64,000 nt of DNA from a bacterium (GCA_038109055.1 JAYNIM010000001.1:89527-153526), one strand, 5' to 3'; shown: positions 18,451 through 28,122, counted from the first letter of the stretch. Notes: generated by a model not told the origin, from the sequence alone. Made by a program: numbers and translations.

Positions 18451-19812
18451 ATGACAATAGATGATTATTTAAAGACTCAGCGTGTTAAACATCTTGATGA
18501 TTTGCAGCCTTTTTTAAAGATAGCCTCTGTTTCTGCAGACCCTAAGTTTAAACAACAGGTTCTTGACTGTGCAGATTATCTTAAGGGCTATTGTGAAAAG
18601 ATGGGTTTTGACGAGGTATCTGTGTTGAATACGGAGGGTTTTCCGGTGGTTTTTGCGCGCTTGGGAGAGGATACTGCTAAGCCAACGGTCTTGTTTTATG
18701 GGCATTATGATGTTCAGCCTGCGGATCCCTTGGATTTATGGCATAGTTCTCCGTTTGACCCTACTATTCGAGATGGGTATATCTACGCACGGGGTGTGGC
18801 AGATGATAAAGGTCAGGTATTTTGTCATTTATTGGCGATTCAGGCCTTGATTGAGCAAAAGATTGAGCTGCCCGTAAATATTAAGATCCTTATTGAAGGT
18901 GAAGAAGAAATTGGCAGTCCTCATTTAGCAGATTTACTGGAACGTGAACAAGAGCGTTTGTCGGCTGATTATATTGTGATTTCTGATACGCCGATGTTTT
19001 CAAAGGAACAACCGTCTTTATGTACGTCATTACGGGGCTTGGTGCATAGTGAAATTAAAATTGCGGCATTATCGGGTGATTTGCATTCGGGGCAGCATGG
19101 CGGGGCTGTTCATAATCCCATTGATGTTTTGGCTCATTTATTAACACAGTTAAAAGATAAAAAGGGGCGTATTCAGATTCCGGGTTTTTATGAGGATGTT
19201 TTAGCTATTAGTGAAGCTCAAAAAGAAGCACTTTCTAGTTTGGATTTCTGCCAAGATACGTATTATCAGTCTTTGGGTGCTGGTAAGGGCTTTGGTGAAG
19301 AGGGGTATAATTGTTTAGAACGCCGTTGGTATCGGCCGACCTTGGATTGTAATGGAATTTGGGGAGGCTATACGGGTGAGGGCTCTAAGACGGTATTGCC
19401 GGCAGAAGCTTCGATGAAGCTCTCATTGCGATTGGTTGCCAATCAGGATCCACAGCGCATTAAAGAGGCGTTGGATCGTTTTGTGATAGCCTGCTGTCCG
19501 CCCCATGTGTCGTTGTCGATACAGACAGAAGCTGATGGGCATGCCTATCATTGTAATCTTGATAGTAAGGCGATGTCTGCCGCGTCTGTTGCGATTGAAA
19601 AGTCTTTTGGTAAGCGCCCTTTATTAACTGGCGAAGGGGGCTCGATTCCGATTGTGCCGATGATGGCGACGCTTTTGCAGGCTGATGTGGTGTTGATGGG
19701 TTTTAATTTACCCGATGATGCTATTCATGCGCCGAATGAACGCTTTTTGTTGGATCATTTTTATAAAGGGATCAACGCTGCGGTCGTGTTTTATAAGGAT
19801 TTTGGACAATAG
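18451..19812 (+). CDS. M20-family metallo-dipeptidase
   Basis: FYGHYDVQPADPLDLWHSSPFDPTIRDGYIYARGVADDKGQ, IEGEEEIGS, HAPNE. Typical of the M20A dipeptidase group. Confidence 0.85.
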   Translation: MTIDDYLKTQRVKHLDDLQPFLKIASVSADPKFKQQVLDCADYLKGYCEKMGFDEVSVLNTEGFPVVFARLGEDTAKPTVLFYGHYDVQPADPLDLWHSSPFDPTIRDGYIYARGVADDKGQVFCHLLAIQALIEQKIELPVNIKILIEGEEEIGSPHLADLLEREQERLSADYIVISDTPMFSKEQPSLCTSLRGLVHSEIKIAALSGDLHSGQHGGAVHNPIDVLAHLLTQLKDKKGRIQIPGFYEDVLAISEAQKEALSSLDFCQDTYYQSLGAGKGFGEEGYNCLERRWYRPTLDCNGIWGGYTGEGSKTVLPAEASMKLSLRLVANQDPQRIKEALDRFVIACCPPHVSLSIQTEADGHAYHCNLDSKAMSAASVAIEKSFGKRPLLTGEGGSIPIVPMMATLLQADVVLMGFNLPDDAIHAPNERFLLDHFYKGINAAVVFYKDFGQ

Positions 19813-19833
19813 TTGACGTTTTAATTGACTAAC

Positions 19834-20508
19834 TTACCAAGGAAGTGACTCTCCATTACTATGTAAAAATTGGCCACTATTTTCTAAATTTAAGGCTTCG
19901 ATGCGTGTGATTAAATTCTTGGCAGACTCCTGAACTGTTAATGGACCAGAATACCCTGTCATTTGGGTTTGGACCCAGCCGGGATGAAAAATGCCTACCG
20001 CAATGCCTTGTTCTTTTAGATCAATACTTAAGGATTTTCCAGCAGCATTTAGGGCGGCTTTGCTCATTCGATAACCATAGCGACCGCCTGAATCATTATC
20101 CGCAATAGAGCCCATACGGCTGGTGATTAAAATAAGTTTGCTGTTTTCTTTAAGGGTGTCTAAAAAGTGGTGTGTGATGAGTAATGGCGCTAGGCTATTG
20201 GTGATGAATTGATTTTTGATTTGAAAGACAGAGGTTGAATCTAGGTGTTGGATGTTTTCGTTTTGTAAGACCCCGGCATTGTTAATAAGGATATCAAAGC
20301 TGTTACATTCGCAGCTGTTTTTGGCGCTTTGAATATCTTTTTTTTCTCTTATATCGATATTAGAGATGACTTGGCTTGCGATGGCCTCTATGTCTGGGCT
20401 GCTATGTCGGCAGATGGCGGTAATTTTATGTCCTTGTGTATGGAGTTGTTTGGCGAGTTCAAGACCAATACCTCGATTTGCACCAGTGATAAGTATCTGA
20501 TTGCTCAT
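19834..20508 (-). CDS. short-chain dehydrogenase/reductase (SDR)
   Basis: MSNQILITGANRGIGLELAKQL (TGxxxGIG), NNAG, and Y..SKAAL catalytic motifs. Start moved to the ATG at 20508 because AAGGAG lies 5 nt upstream. The track start at 20541 adds 11 unsupported residues. Confidence 0.85.
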   Translation of the reverse strand: MSNQILITGANRGIGLELAKQLHTQGHKITAICRHSSPDIEAIASQVISNIDIREKKDIQSAKNSCECNSFDILINNAGVLQNENIQHLDSTSVFQIKNQFITNSLAPLLITHHFLDTLKENSKLILITSRMGSIADNDSGGRYGYRMSKAALNAAGKSLSIDLKEQGIAVGIFHPGWVQTQMTGYSGPLTVQESAKNLITRIEALNLENSGQFLHSNGESLPW

Positions 20509-20608
20509 TTTTACTCCTTTTTTTTTATTTGAGTATAGCAAAGTCTTTATTTTTATATCTAGGTATTTGATATTGTTCCCTTTTTTTAAACCATATATGA
20601 TGTCATGA

Positions 20609-21835
20609 ATGAGTCATGATGTTCTTGTGGTAGGTGCTGGATTAGCGGGCTTGCGTGTTGCAGATCTTTTGGAACAAAAGGGATTGGATGTTTGTATTTT
20701 AGAGGCAGAGGAACGTATTGGGGGCCGTATTCAGACGGATGAGGTAGATGGATTTTTGTTGGATCGTGGTTTTCAAGTTTTTTTACCTCATTATCCTGCG
20801 GCTCGGAACTGTTTTGATTATCCATCTTTGGATCTATGTTTTTTTGATCGTAGCGCAAGATTGTGTAGTGATTCTCAGTGTGTCACTGTCGCAAGTCCGT
20901 TTCATCATCCTATTCAGTCTTTGGCTTCATTTTCTTTTTTTAAAAATTATTTAGCCGATTTTATTCGGATGGGGTTGGATTTTTTTTCAGGTTATACGCA
21001 GGACCCTAGCGCCTATGCATGTCGATTTAAGGAAGAGCCTTTGCGCTCTTTTTTTGAGGCACGTTTTTCAGCTGAATTTACAGATACATTCTTGGGGCCA
21101 TTTTTTAGAGGTATCTTATCAGATTCATCTTTGCAATCTTCTTCACGTTTATATTATTTTTATATGCTTTGTTTTATTTTTGGGGGCTCTGCTGTGCCTC
21201 GAGGAGGTATGCACGTATTAGTGGATCAATTGTTCCAGCGTTTATCGTCTACTCAGCTTTATTTGAACGAAAAAGTTCTGGCATGTGATAAAGGGGTTGT
21301 GAAGACTGTTTCAGGACACTCATTTTCTGCGAAGCAGATTGTTTTTACTTGTCCACACGCTTGTTTAGCGCCGGATTTGGAACTGCCATCTGATTATTCT
21401 TCCTTGTGTACCTATTATTTTTCTGTAGATACGTTGCCATATTCGTGTAAATCGTTGATTTTGTCCTCAAAAGTAGGTTCATTGATTAATCATGTCGCAA
21501 TCATGTCTCACATTTCGTCAGCTTATGCAAAGAAGGGAGAGTTGATTTCGGTTACTGTCCTTGGACAAACAGAGACTCCAGATGTGTATGTCGAAAAGGT
21601 GCAGCGTGAGCTTGCGGCTCTTCTTGAGTTAGAGAGCTCTTTGTTGACCTTTATTAAGGCCTATCCAATTAAGAAAGTTTTGCCATATCCTCAGTTTTTT
21701 TCAGGTCGTTTGTTAGCCTATGATCATGCGTATATTGATATTGCGGGTGATTGGTGTTACCAAGGTTCTATACATGGGGCCTTATATTCTGCGGAGTGTT
21801 GTGCAGAGCGAGTCTATGAAAAAGTTAGAGGTTAG
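20609..21835 (+). CDS. FAD/NAD(P)-binding amine-oxidase / desaturase-like oxidoreductase
   Basis: N-terminal dinucleotide fold DVLVVGAGLAGLRVADLLEQKGLDVCILEAEERIGGRI. C-terminal IAGDWCYQGSIHGALYSAE. Confidence 0.8.
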   Translation: MSHDVLVVGAGLAGLRVADLLEQKGLDVCILEAEERIGGRIQTDEVDGFLLDRGFQVFLPHYPAARNCFDYPSLDLCFFDRSARLCSDSQCVTVASPFHHPIQSLASFSFFKNYLADFIRMGLDFFSGYTQDPSAYACRFKEEPLRSFFEARFSAEFTDTFLGPFFRGILSDSSLQSSSRLYYFYMLCFIFGGSAVPRGGMHVLVDQLFQRLSSTQLYLNEKVLACDKGVVKTVSGHSFSAKQIVFTCPHACLAPDLELPSDYSSLCTYYFSVDTLPYSCKSLILSSKVGSLINHVAIMSHISSAYAKKGELISVTVLGQTETPDVYVEKVQRELAALLELESSLLTFIKAYPIKKVLPYPQFFSGRLLAYDHAYIDIAGDWCYQGSIHGALYSAECCAERVYEKVRG

Positions 21836-22499
21836 TAACGGGCTTAGGATTATACGTAGTCAACGCCGCACTTTGAGTATTGAGGTTGTGTCTGAATCTG
21901 AGGTTAAAATTAGGGCACCTTGGTATTGTTCTGATCGGCGTGTCAGGGCTTTTATTGAAGAAAAATCTGATTGGGTAGCTAAAAAGCAGCAGCAGTTATC
22001 GGAAGAAGAAAAGATTAACCATTCGATAGTTGATCAGGGGTCTTTTAGTTATTTAGGAAGGTTGTATCGTATTGAACATCGGGCGGTCAAAGCGATTGGA
22101 TTAGAAGGGGATTGTCTGTGTTTGCCAGAGGGATGGTCTGATGCACGTTGTCATACTCGTTTAGTTGCATGGTTTAAGGAGCGGGCCTTGGATATTTTGC
22201 TGGATCGGGTAGAATGTTATTCGCAAAAGATGCAGCTTTTTCCCTCAGAGGTTTTGTTAAGTAATGCCAAACGACGTTGGGGGTCCTGTAGTAGTGAAAG
22301 GGTTTTACGTTTTAATTGGCGATTATTGTCGTGTCCGATGTCTGTGATTGATTATTTGGTGGTTCATGAGCTGGCTCATATTCAAGAAATGAATCACTCT
22401 CAGCGCTTTTGGGAACTCGTGCAACACTTTGATCCATTCTACAAAGATGCGGAAGCATGGTTGAAGACTCATAGAAATGTATTGGATAGTTTTAGGTAG
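21816..22499 (+). CDS. YgjP-like (DUF45/M48-type) zinc metallohydrolase
   Basis: HELAHIQEMNHSQRFW (HExxH plus NHS..FW), RWGSC. Start placed at MKKLEVS (21816), overlapping the upstream gene by 20 nt. The residues the track places before it look like read-through of that gene's 3' end. Confidence 0.8.
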   Translation: MKKLEVSNGLRIIRSQRRTLSIEVVSESEVKIRAPWYCSDRRVRAFIEEKSDWVAKKQQQLSEEEKINHSIVDQGSFSYLGRLYRIEHRAVKAIGLEGDCLCLPEGWSDARCHTRLVAWFKERALDILLDRVECYSQKMQLFPSEVLLSNAKRRWGSCSSERVLRFNWRLLSCPMSVIDYLVVHELAHIQEMNHSQRFWELVQHFDPFYKDAEAWLKTHRNVLDSFR

Positions 22500-22900
22500 T
22501 TTTATTTTAGAAGGATATATTTTTTTAATATCAACGTTATACTTTGTAATTGTTTTTAAGGGTATTATCTTTTATTTAGGCTATTTTTGTGGTGTTTGAG
22601 TTAAGCTGAAGTCTGTTGTTTCTAATCATTTAGGCCAAAGGGGTGAATGTTTTTCTAGAAGGTTTAGTAAGATAAGTGACAAGGTCAAAAAATAATTATT
22701 CATATCAAATAAATTAGCTTTGATCACAAGCAGAAGTTAATAGAGTTTATAAATGTATAAGTGAGTATGCTCAACTTAGAAAAAAATAATAAAATAAATG
22801 AAATTTTTTGATAACTTTAATCGTTAACTAATTTTATGTTTAAAAATACTTTTATTAATTATAAAAAGTATTAAAACTGATTATAAAGGATGAGGGAATT

Positions 22901-25705
22901 ATGACAAAAGAATACTATGCAGGATTAAATAGAAAGACTGTCATTGGAGCTATAGCTATGTGTGCATTAGGGATAGCAGCTGCTCCAACAGCAGCTGCAT
23001 TCACAGGGGTCATTGGTATCTCAGCTTTAGGAACAGCAGCAACTGTAATAGTGGGCATGGGTATGGCACCTTTAGGCCAGCCAGTAGGAGTCGAGGATGC
23101 TGACTCATTGGGAATGATTCTAAACGCAGGTGAAAAACAATCAGAAGACCAGGGAAATGTTGATACACAATTTAATTTAGGCATTAAGTATGCATTTGGG
23201 CAAGGTGTTGAACGAAATGATACTCGGGCATTTGAGTATTATAAACTAGCAGCCGATCATGGACATGCTAAAGCACAATTTAATGTAGGAGTGATGTATG
23301 AAATTGGACAAGGTGTTGAACAAAGTGACACTCAGGCAGTTTACTTTTATAAACAAGCAGCAGCTTTGGGACAAGCTGACGCAGAATATAATTTAGCAGA
23401 TAGGTATATGACTGGACGGGGTGTTAAACGAAACTATACAAAGGCATTTGAATTAATAAAAAAAGCAGCAAAACAGAGAAATCGTGGCGCGCAAAATGCT
23501 TTAGGTACTATGTATGCATTTGGGCAAGGTGTTGAACAAAGTGACACTCAGGCATTTCAGTATTATAAACTAGCAGCAGATCAGGGACATGCTAAAGCAC
23601 AATTTACTGTAGGAGTGATGTATGAAATTGGACAAGGTGTTAAACAAAATTATACTCAGGCATTTCAGTATTTTAAACTAGCCGCAGATAAGGGACATGC
23701 TGAAGCACAATTTAATGTAGGAATGATGTATAACACTGGTAGAGGTGTTAGACTAAACACTAGCAAGGCATTTGAATTCATAAAAAAAGCAGCACAACAG
23801 GAAAATGCTGGCGCGCAAAATACATTAGGTTATATGTATGCAATTGGGAAAGGTGTTAAACAAAGTGACACTCAGGCAGTTGAGTTTTATAAACGAGCAG
23901 CAGACCAGGGACATGCTGACGCACAATTTAATTTAGGAGTGATGTATGCAACTGGACAAGGTGTTAAGCAAAGTGTTACTCAGGCAGTTGATTATTTTAA
24001 ACTAGCAGCAGATCAGGGACATGCTGAAGCACAAAATAATTTAGCTGAGTATGAAGCTTGGCGAGGTGTTAAACTAAGAGACACTCTGTCTAGGTTAGTA
24101 ATGCCCGGAATCGGTGTTATAGGTACAGTATTAGCTGCATTTAAGTGTAGGAAAAAAGAAGAAGTACACCCTAAGGCTATGCAAGATATTCGAAATACCT
24201 TAAAAAAAATCAACGATTTCCACATTAAGGATCGAAAATTTTGGGAGGATAAACAGGGTCTTACTTATTTTGAATATAAAAACGGATGTGTTGTTTTTAA
24301 AAAACAAGATAAAAATGTCTGTCGATCCTTCAATGTTCGTACGGTCAAAATCGCCAAAAAAGAAATAGATGAGTTATATACTCATTGTGATAACTATTAT
24401 CAGTATAATAAGAAAATTGCTGATGACAAGAAGCGCGCCGAAAATTTAGCAAAGAGACAAATATCGAGTGAAGATAATGAACAACGCCGTCAATCTGTAA
24501 GAAAAGATCCAAAAGCAGGCGGTGAAGTTGGCATGAGGCAAGATCCTACAAAAGACTTGAGTAAGAAAGATGAAGTAAGATCTAAACGAAAGGAAGACAA
24601 TAAAACATTTATAGAGACAAAAATGGAGTTGAAGCGTAAGATTGAGGATGTCTTGAATAGACATGGTAACTTAGATATATCTTTCAAAAAAGAGTTAAAG
24701 AAACTTGAAAGAATTTGTAAGGCGATAACGAGTAAAGATAAAGATAATAAATTCAAACAGCTTTCTGATGATTTAAGGAAAATAGAAGAAGCTATAGAAA
24801 ATTCTCTATCTAATGCAGAAACGCAGCTAGAGCAACAAGCAGCAGAAAAACGTATGTTTGAACAAAAAAGTAGAGGTATCGTGTTGGCGAAAAAATTGCA
24901 CACATTGACCACGAAGTATGACGTTGTAGGAATGAAATATACAAATGTTGAAAGACAACGTCATCAGTTTGATGGAAAAGATATAAGTTCAGAAGAAGAG
25001 GTGTGGGATCAGTTTAGATTGAAGATGCTCTCTGTAATGAGTAGAAAGTGGCCTGATTTTTCAGAAATTGAACAAGGTGAATTATTTCCTGAAGATCTAC
25101 CTGAGGATCTAAAAGAAGACACACTGGATAGGATAGAAAAATATTTAGAATTTAGGCAAAAGGTAGAGGAATCATCTATTGCTCAAACGATCTTATTTTA
25201 TATGCAAGATAAAGATGGTGGAGATGATGATAGAAGAGAAAAAAACTTTGCAAACTGGCTTAAGCATACTCAGGAGGGATTAACATATGAAGGTGAAGAT
25301 CTGGCTGCAAAAGTAAGAGAACAATTAAATCCATTATCAGGTTTAATGGAGTTACCATCTTTAGGTTCTTCAGTTCCTTCAAAGCGTTGCATAGTCTATG
25401 CAAAACAGGCATTGGATATTGTACTAAAAGTACAGTTATCACAGAATACTTCGTTAGACTTAATGGGTTTGAAGCCTGTTCTTAAAATGTATCGTTTAGT
25501 TCAAATTTTAAAAGAGTATGATGATGATGTATCACATAGTCCATTCCGTGATTTGTATAATGCTCGTAATTCTGTGACGCATAATAAAGGTGCGTTTAAT
25601 GCTGACAACTTTAGTTTATTGAAGGGTTTTGTTAAAAAACATCAGGATGCAATATCCGCTAGATTAGATGAACTATATAGTAAAAAGCAAACTAAGCAAG
25701 ATTAA
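22901..25705 (+). CDS. membrane-anchored Sel1-repeat protein with a K/E-rich coiled-coil region and a C-terminal HEPN-like (RNxxxH) module
   Basis: Residues 14-57 form two adjacent Ala/Gly-rich hydrophobic helices. Residues 86-395 hold about 8.5 36-residue Sel1 repeats (A.A(Q/E)(F/Y)N(L/V)G.MY..G.GV..(D/N)...A..(Y/F)(Y/F)K.AA..G). A third TM spans 400-415. A charged region follows. The C-terminus reads ...LYNARNSVTHNKGAF.... Preceded by 400 bp of AT-rich non-coding DNA and GAGGG 4 nt before the ATG. Confidence 0.85.
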   Translation: MTKEYYAGLNRKTVIGAIAMCALGIAAAPTAAAFTGVIGISALGTAATVIVGMGMAPLGQPVGVEDADSLGMILNAGEKQSEDQGNVDTQFNLGIKYAFGQGVERNDTRAFEYYKLAADHGHAKAQFNVGVMYEIGQGVEQSDTQAVYFYKQAAALGQADAEYNLADRYMTGRGVKRNYTKAFELIKKAAKQRNRGAQNALGTMYAFGQGVEQSDTQAFQYYKLAADQGHAKAQFTVGVMYEIGQGVKQNYTQAFQYFKLAADKGHAEAQFNVGMMYNTGRGVRLNTSKAFEFIKKAAQQENAGAQNTLGYMYAIGKGVKQSDTQAVEFYKRAADQGHADAQFNLGVMYATGQGVKQSVTQAVDYFKLAADQGHAEAQNNLAEYEAWRGVKLRDTLSRLVMPGIGVIGTVLAAFKCRKKEEVHPKAMQDIRNTLKKINDFHIKDRKFWEDKQGLTYFEYKNGCVVFKKQDKNVCRSFNVRTVKIAKKEIDELYTHCDNYYQYNKKIADDKKRAENLAKRQISSEDNEQRRQSVRKDPKAGGEVGMRQDPTKDLSKKDEVRSKRKEDNKTFIETKMELKRKIEDVLNRHGNLDISFKKELKKLERICKAITSKDKDNKFKQLSDDLRKIEEAIENSLSNAETQLEQQAAEKRMFEQKSRGIVLAKKLHTLTTKYDVVGMKYTNVERQRHQFDGKDISSEEEVWDQFRLKMLSVMSRKWPDFSEIEQGELFPEDLPEDLKEDTLDRIEKYLEFRQKVEESSIAQTILFYMQDKDGGDDDRREKNFANWLKHTQEGLTYEGEDLAAKVREQLNPLSGLMELPSLGSSVPSKRCIVYAKQALDIVLKVQLSQNTSLDLMGLKPVLKMYRLVQILKEYDDDVSHSPFRDLYNARNSVTHNKGAFNADNFSLLKGFVKKHQDAISARLDELYSKKQTKQD
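23156..24085 (+). repeat. coding tandem repeat array: 108-bp Sel1 units organised into a 324-bp higher-order unit present about 3 times
   Basis: Repeat starts at codons Q90, Q126, E162, Q198, Q234, Q270, Q306, Q342 and Q378 (strict 36-aa period). Units 1/4/7, 2/5/8 and 3/6/9 resemble each other more than their neighbours. DNA from 23168 and from 23492 is near-identical over more than 140 nt. Confidence 0.9.
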
Positions 25706-25745
25706 CTATTCGTAAAGAATGACCTTTACTTATACGAACAGTAGG

Positions 25746-27035
25746 CTATTGGGAGAGTTGGGGGCCATCGTTTTTAAAACAGCAAAATGTCTCGGCTTCT
25801 TTGGGTAAATAATGTTGGTGTTTTGCCGCTTCAGAATGGCTATGGGGGTAAATATAGTTTTTTCCAAAGCCTAAGCTTTTTGCGGCGGGATAATGGGCGT
25901 CGCGTAGGTGATCTGGGATAGAGTAAATATGGCCGTCATCAATATGGGCCATGGCCTGGTTGATGGCCATATAGCTTTTGTTGCTTTTGGGGGCTTGTGC
26001 TAAATAACATACCACATGGCTTAAATTAATACGTACTTCGGGCATACCAATCGTTTGAGCCGCTTGATATGCGGCAGTGGCTAAGGGCAGGGCCTGTGCA
26101 TCTGCCAATCCAACATCTTCAGAGGCAAAAATAACCAAGCGTCTGGCAATAAATCGTGGGTCTTCACCGCCCTTTAGCAGACGTGCTAGCCAGTAAACCG
26201 AGGCATTAGCATCCGAGCCTCGCATGCTTTTAATGAGGGCGGAGGCCAAATCGTAGTGACTGTCTTGATTGATGGCAAGTCCCTGATCTTGGCTAATGTC
26301 GCTGATGGTTGTTTCGGTGATGCTTGTTGTGGGTAGTTGGTTGCAAATTTCTAGGATATTAATCAGTTTTCTGGCATCCCCTTTGGCATGTTGGATGATG
26401 CCTGTCTTGGCTGGCTCTGTATATGTTTTATGCCTGTGTTTGTTGTTGGAGGAGGCCGTACATTTTTTGAGGGCATTTTCTAGAATTAATGCTAGGTCTT
26501 TTTCACTGTGGCGATGTAATTCAAAAATCTGACAACGGGAACATAAGCCAGAGATGACATGAAAGTAAGGGTTTTCGGTGGTGGCGCCAATTAAGATGAT
26601 TTGGCCATTTTCAACCGAGGGTAAGAGGGCATCTTGTTGTGTTTTTGAGAAGCGATGAATTTCGTCGATAAAGAGGATGGTTTTGTTTTGTAAATGACTT
26701 TGTTCTATTGCGTTTTTGATATCGATTATTTTGGCCATAACCGCATTTAAGGTGATGAATTGAGCCTGGCTATGTGTGGCAATACATTGGGCAAGCGCTG
26801 TTTTACCACAGCCTGGAGGGCCCCAGAGTATCAAGGAGGGAAGGGTGTCGTTTTCGATGAGCTTGCGTAGGGGTTGGTTGGGGCCTAGTAGATGGGGTTG
26901 GCCGATGTAGTCGTCTAAGTGTTTGGGTTTGAGTTGCCAGGCTAAGGGGGTGTTGAAGGATGGCGTTGCGTTGTTTTTGCTTGTTTTTGTATTCAGTTCG
27001 AATAAACCTACTGTGTTATTCTGTAATTTTGTCAT
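25746..27035 (-). CDS. rarA: replication-associated recombination protein A (AAA+ ATPase)
   Basis: LILWGPPGCGKTALAQ, ILFIDEIHRFSKTQQDALLP, GATTENP, YWLARLLKGGEDPRFIARRLVIFASEDVGLAD. Confidence 0.92.
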   Translation of the reverse strand: MTKLQNNTVGLFELNTKTSKNNATPSFNTPLAWQLKPKHLDDYIGQPHLLGPNQPLRKLIENDTLPSLILWGPPGCGKTALAQCIATHSQAQFITLNAVMAKIIDIKNAIEQSHLQNKTILFIDEIHRFSKTQQDALLPSVENGQIILIGATTENPYFHVISGLCSRCQIFELHRHSEKDLALILENALKKCTASSNNKHRHKTYTEPAKTGIIQHAKGDARKLINILEICNQLPTTSITETTISDISQDQGLAINQDSHYDLASALIKSMRGSDANASVYWLARLLKGGEDPRFIARRLVIFASEDVGLADAQALPLATAAYQAAQTIGMPEVRINLSHVVCYLAQAPKSNKSYMAINQAMAHIDDGHIYSIPDHLRDAHYPAAKSLGFGKNYIYPHSHSEAAKHQHYLPKEAETFCCFKNDGPQLSQ

Positions 27036-27064
27036 GGTTAATTTTTTTGATTGTCTATTTTATT

Positions 27065-27922
27065 TTAGCATAATTCTGGTAAAGGTATTTGCTCTGTAGG
27101 AAAAAAATAATCCCAAGGACCAAGAGGGTAAGGGGGAAGTTCTTCATAATTAAGAAACTGTCTGTTGAATTCAAATTGAATGGTCCGCCATACTGTCCAA
27201 TTCGAATAAATATTTTTTGTTATTGCGCTTGTTTTGAGGGTACTTATGCATACTCTATCACCTTTTTGTGTGATGTTTAGAAATACATATTTTCCCGGGT
27301 CTTGAGTTCCATATCTTGGGTGAATACTTGTGGGAAGTTGATTATTGCTGGGGTCATAGGCACTACTGTTAATGTGATTTGTTGTACATATTTGGCATTG
27401 ATTATATTGTGAGGTGTCCCAAGTAGGTTTAACAGGACGTGCTAAGCAAGCAAGATAATGCGGGAAATTTCGTGCTTGTAAACACATATTTGTTAGCGCC
27501 ATTCGGAATAATGTAATATTAAAAGTGTCATTTCTAAGAAAAGGACGATTACTTAGATTATTTGTGGGAGCAGTTAATGTGGCGGGTTCATTTGTGGTAT
27601 GTGTGGGTAAAATGTTCGATGTTAAGAGACCTTGATTGTTGTATGTAGTCGCATTGGTAGAATTTTCTTGAATGTTTGTGGAATTATGATTCTCCTGACC
27701 GCTTGAGTCGTTGTTTTCTGTCCACCATAGATATAAGTGATACGTTGCAAGACCTAAGAGTATAGCTATTAATGTTAAGATTATTTGGTTTAAGACATGT
27801 TTACATGTACGGAGTACTTGATTGTCCTTTTGTGTCTTTGGGTCAAATGCTTTAGCCCTTTGTTTTTGTGATGTGCTATGTGGTTGCTTTGGATCTGCAA
27901 TATACGGAGATATTTTAGGCAT
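27065..27922 (-). CDS. hypothetical single-pass (type II-like) membrane protein with a Cys-containing extracytoplasmic domain
   Basis: Long ORF with TM ILTLIAILLGLATYHLYLWW after a basic N-terminus, then an N/T/S-rich linker. No recognisable domain. Confidence 0.5.
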   Translation of the reverse strand: MPKISPYIADPKQPHSTSQKQRAKAFDPKTQKDNQVLRTCKHVLNQIILTLIAILLGLATYHLYLWWTENNDSSGQENHNSTNIQENSTNATTYNNQGLLTSNILPTHTTNEPATLTAPTNNLSNRPFLRNDTFNITLFRMALTNMCLQARNFPHYLACLARPVKPTWDTSQYNQCQICTTNHINSSAYDPSNNQLPTSIHPRYGTQDPGKYVFLNITQKGDRVCISTLKTSAITKNIYSNWTVWRTIQFEFNRQFLNYEELPPYPLGPWDYFFPTEQIPLPELC

Positions 27923-28122
27923 TTTTTTTAGCTTAGCTTTTGTTTTTTTGGAGGTAGTTTAATAAAGCTAAAGCAATTCTTTTATATTATCAATTTTTTG
28001 AACCTTTCTTATTTGTGTCTTATTTTAGTGATTGATTGACCTTGTTTGCCACAATGTTTGTCATTTTGTAAACTTGTACTCACGGTGTATCGTGTAGAGT
28101 GTGTTTTACAAAAGGAGTGGTC

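Noticed and set aside
22500-22900. Genomic-island boundaries around the two outlier genes (also 46794-47011 and 44653-44747). I looked for tRNA genes, integrase or transposase fragments and flanking direct repeats.
   Set aside because: I found none by eye. The atypical composition supports foreign origin or special selection, but I cannot call a mobile element or island from this window.
23156-24085. Regularly spaced near-identical DNA repeats that could be mistaken for a CRISPR-like array.
   Set aside because: The period is 108 bp with no unique spacers, the region is one continuous ORF, and the repeats translate to canonical Sel1 units.
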